Shown piece by piece: positions 36,313-38,458 of a stretch of 38,458 nt of DNA. A program made the position numbers and the translations under genes. The notes below the pieces were generated by a model. It worked only from the letters and a program-made list of their open reading frames with translations. It searched no databases and was not told where the DNA came from. Where the stretch lies: assembly GCA_043816965.1 (NCBI GenBank), contig JBDRHK010000028.1, forward strand, positions 1 through 38,458. Direction: 5' to 3'. Each line of letters begins with the position of its first letter. The stretch's first letter is position 1. The stretch is from Candidatus Iainarchaeum sp. (GTDB taxonomy: Archaea > Iainarchaeota > Iainarchaeia > Iainarchaeales > JAFCCJ01).

Positions 36313-37151
36313 ATGAGATGGGCTCCCTTTTCAGCAAGCTCACAAACCCTGACCCTGGAGGTATATCTTGAGAATTCCCTCTTGGTTGTCCTGGGTTCGT
36401 CGGTAATGGTGAAAACAGTCTGCCCTAACATTGCCTGCGCGGTGTTTGGCATGATATCCAGCATTTCCCTGACCCTCTTGTTTGCCAAACCAACCTGATT
36501 TGTGAAATACCTGCTCAGGTGCATGAAATTGGCGGCGGTTTTATTCTCCAAAAATTCCTCCATGCATTTCCCCCCAACTTCATTAATCTTCTTTTTCCAG
36601 GAAGGGCTCCTGATAATTTCGGCAGTTTCAATCTCATCAAAAAATCCTAGGACAACATATTTTTCCTTTATCGGAATTTCCATCGCATGCTGGGAAGGGT
36701 AAGGTTTCTTTCCAACCATCAAGCCGGCATACTGCTGTGCAACAACATCCCCCAAGCCTGTTCCTGCCTTAATCTCAGCCTCCTGCGCAATCATCCTGCA
36801 GACTCTGGGGGTCAAATCCATCTCAAGCACCTCATTCAGGGCCAAGGAAAGTGAATATGCGGCGGCACCGCTCAAACCCAGCCCATAGCCGAATGGAAGT
36901 GGGCTTGTGTGCCTTACGCTGATTTTAACATTTTCCGGAAGGTGTTTCTTGAACCTTTTCACAACATTGAGGGAGGCAGGGGCTTCAACAACTTTCCCGT
37001 TAATGAAAATATTTGTCCATCTCCCGTCCCTGACAGTAACTCTGGTTGTTACCCCCTCATCTAAATTTACCCCTGCGCCTGTTGAGCCATCGGAATAAAT
37101 TTTAAAAAAACCTGTAAGGTGTGCGGGCGCAAAGGCCTTAGCATTCGCCAT
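36309..37151 (-). CDS. Archaeal pantoate kinase (GHMP)
   Basis: PAHLTGFF, GSTGAG, PFGYGLGLSGA, GTGLGDV, QAMLG. Confidence 0.92.
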   Translation of the reverse strand: MANAKAFAPAHLTGFFKIYSDGSTGAGVNLDEGVTTRVTVRDGRWTNIFINGKVVEAPASLNVVKRFKKHLPENVKISVRHTSPLPFGYGLGLSGAAAYSLSLALNEVLEMDLTPRVCRMIAQEAEIKAGTGLGDVVAQQYAGLMVGKKPYPSQHAMEIPIKEKYVVLGFFDEIETAEIIRSPSWKKKINEVGGKCMEEFLENKTAANFMHLSRYFTNQVGLANKRVREMLDIMPNTAQAMLGQTVFTITDEPRTTKREFSRYTSRVRVCELAEKGAHLI

Positions 37152-37152
37152 A

Positions 37153-37824
37153 TCATTTCCTCCTTCCAACGGCCATTGCATGTTCCTTCTCAAAAGGCTC
37201 CAATGAAATTACCTCTTTCAAATCAAACTCGGCCTCTAATTGTTTGGTTTCCCCGGCATATAAATCTTTCGCACTGCCCTTGGCACTAATGGAACGCGCC
37301 TTTACAGTCAGCATCCCCCAGCCATCCATTTTCAAATGCATCCTGCTGTTTTTCAAAAAAATCTGGGCCTGGTTTTTCTGCGAAACATCCTGGAAAATAA
37401 CATCAGGCCTGTAGCCGCCCATCTCTTCCTTGTAAGTGTGGGGCAAATTCCCATCGGCAAGAATTGGGACAATATTCTTCCTGTCCTCGCAAAGGTAAAT
37501 GAATTTCTGCATGGCCCTTGCACTGATATCCACGCCAAAAACAACCCCCCTTTCCCCAACAATATCCGAAACATGTGAGATTGTGGTTCCCTCAGCAGCA
37601 CCCAAATAAAGGACAACACTTCCTTCCTTAATCGGCATTTCCTTCAGGCCCTTCTTTATTGCGGCACCTAACTTGCTCCTGAAAGGGTCCCAAACCCTGT
37701 ACTCAATGCCCTCGTGATTGATGTGCTCCTCACCATAAACCTTTTTTCCAGGCACCATGTTTTTTGTGAGAATGAACTTTCCGAATTCGTAAACTCCTGG
37801 AAAAATTTCTTTAATCTGCACCAT
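37153..37824 (-). CDS. flpA: Fibrillarin-like rRNA/tRNA 2'-O-methyltransferase
   Basis: VYGE, YRVWDPFRSKL, LYLGAAEGTTISHVSD, KARSI; ATG at 37824. Confidence 0.96.
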   Translation of the reverse strand: MVQIKEIFPGVYEFGKFILTKNMVPGKKVYGEEHINHEGIEYRVWDPFRSKLGAAIKKGLKEMPIKEGSVVLYLGAAEGTTISHVSDIVGERGVVFGVDISARAMQKFIYLCEDRKNIVPILADGNLPHTYKEEMGGYRPDVIFQDVSQKNQAQIFLKNSRMHLKMDGWGMLTVKARSISAKGSAKDLYAGETKQLEAEFDLKEVISLEPFEKEHAMAVGRRK

Positions 37825-37825
37825 T

Positions 37826-38458
37826 TTATCTCTTCTTCGGATTTCTTTTGTTAAAGGGCCTTCCTGTGTTAAATGACTTTCCTGTTTTTGCCCCGCCCCT
37901 TTCAGGTTTTTTAGGGGCAGATTTTTCAATTTCTTTTATCCTCTTTTCCAAATCCTTTTTCAGGCTCTCGGCAATATTCTTCTTCCCAAAATAATCCTCT
38001 TTCACGGCGATGGAAAGTTTTGCCGCCAAACTTCTCGCAACCTTTCCCCCAAACCATGGCTTTACCCCCCTAACCATTGGGTGGGCGTAAAGGAATCCAT
38101 ACTTCGGCCCCTTTGAGCCCTTTTTCAAATGCTGGAACAGTGCCTTCTCCGCCCCCAAAACCTGGATTGTTGAGCCAGGCATAAATGCAAGTTTTTTCGC
38201 GGAGCCCGCCTTTGCGAGAAGCCTTGCGCCGATAATATGCCCTGCAAGTTCTGTGAAATTCGGAAGCATTTTGGCCATCCCTTTCTCAAGGTATTTTCCA
38301 AGAAATGCCCTTTCCTCCTTCAGGTTCAGCGCATTCAGGGCGAGGAGTTTAATTTCCCCCAAATCAGAATCATCAACCGCGGCGCCATTGGAATTCCTGG
38401 ACGCGTCAAAAATCCTTTTCACATCTTCCTTTCCTTTCACCCATTCCCCGATATTTTT
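37826..38458 (-). CDS. nop5: Nop5 (Nop56/58) C/D sRNP protein, C-terminal part
   Basis: STIQVLGAEKALF, PKYG, GKVARSLAAK; frame open to the window end. Confidence 0.95.
   Translation of the reverse strand, partial: KNIGEWVKGKEDVKRIFDASRNSNGAAVDDSDLGEIKLLALNALNLKEERAFLGKYLEKGMAKMLPNFTELAGHIIGARLLAKAGSAKKLAFMPGSTIQVLGAEKALFQHLKKGSKGPKYGFLYAHPMVRGVKPWFGGKVARSLAAKLSIAVKEDYFGKKNIAESLKKDLEKRIKEIEKSAPKKPERGGAKTGKSFNTGRPFNKRNPKKR

Noticed and set aside
143..37619. Many antisense or overlapping ORFs in the track (e.g. 143-484, 19077-19700, 32738-33244)
   Set aside because: Shadow frames of well-supported genes, with S/F/L-rich composition and no motifs
1..38458. CRISPR array, cas genes, integrase or transposase
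   Set aside because: No regularly spaced repeats; no ORF with recognisable Cas, tyrosine/serine recombinase, DDE or HUH motifs

Overview
Archaeal chromosome segment. Evidence: fibrillarin/Nop5, pantoate kinase plus phosphopantothenate synthetase, NMD3, a BHB-intron tRNA and TATA-type promoters. The gene style suggests a DPANN lineage, possibly Ca. Iainarchaeota (Diapherotrites), but that is inference. Housekeeping blocks (ribB, M20 peptidase, fhs, speD, KaiC-like ATPase, beta-CASP RNase, NMD3, serA-like dehydrogenase, CoA genes, C/D sRNP genes) surround an accessory zone at about 13.1-26.1 kb. That zone is dense in toxin-antitoxin-like pairs, and no integrase or transposase is recognisable. 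Highlights: (1) three tandem wHTH-sensor paralogs plus a FIST protein, with an AATCAAC-N6-GTTGATT operator that recurs in two mirror-image promoters, suggesting an undescribed regulon; (2) a ~90-nt GC-rich structured RNA candidate whose 3' end is duplicated on the far side of a Fic gene, next to speD-fhs; (3) a divergent two-gene wHTH module present twice; (4) a 74-bp direct repeat bracketing a 2.3-kb cassette; (5) tRNA-Arg(CCU) with two introns and an 8-nt middle exon; (6) a GAPDH-like 14-residue stub fused in frame to serA. All family assignments come from motif recognition by eye; no searches were run.
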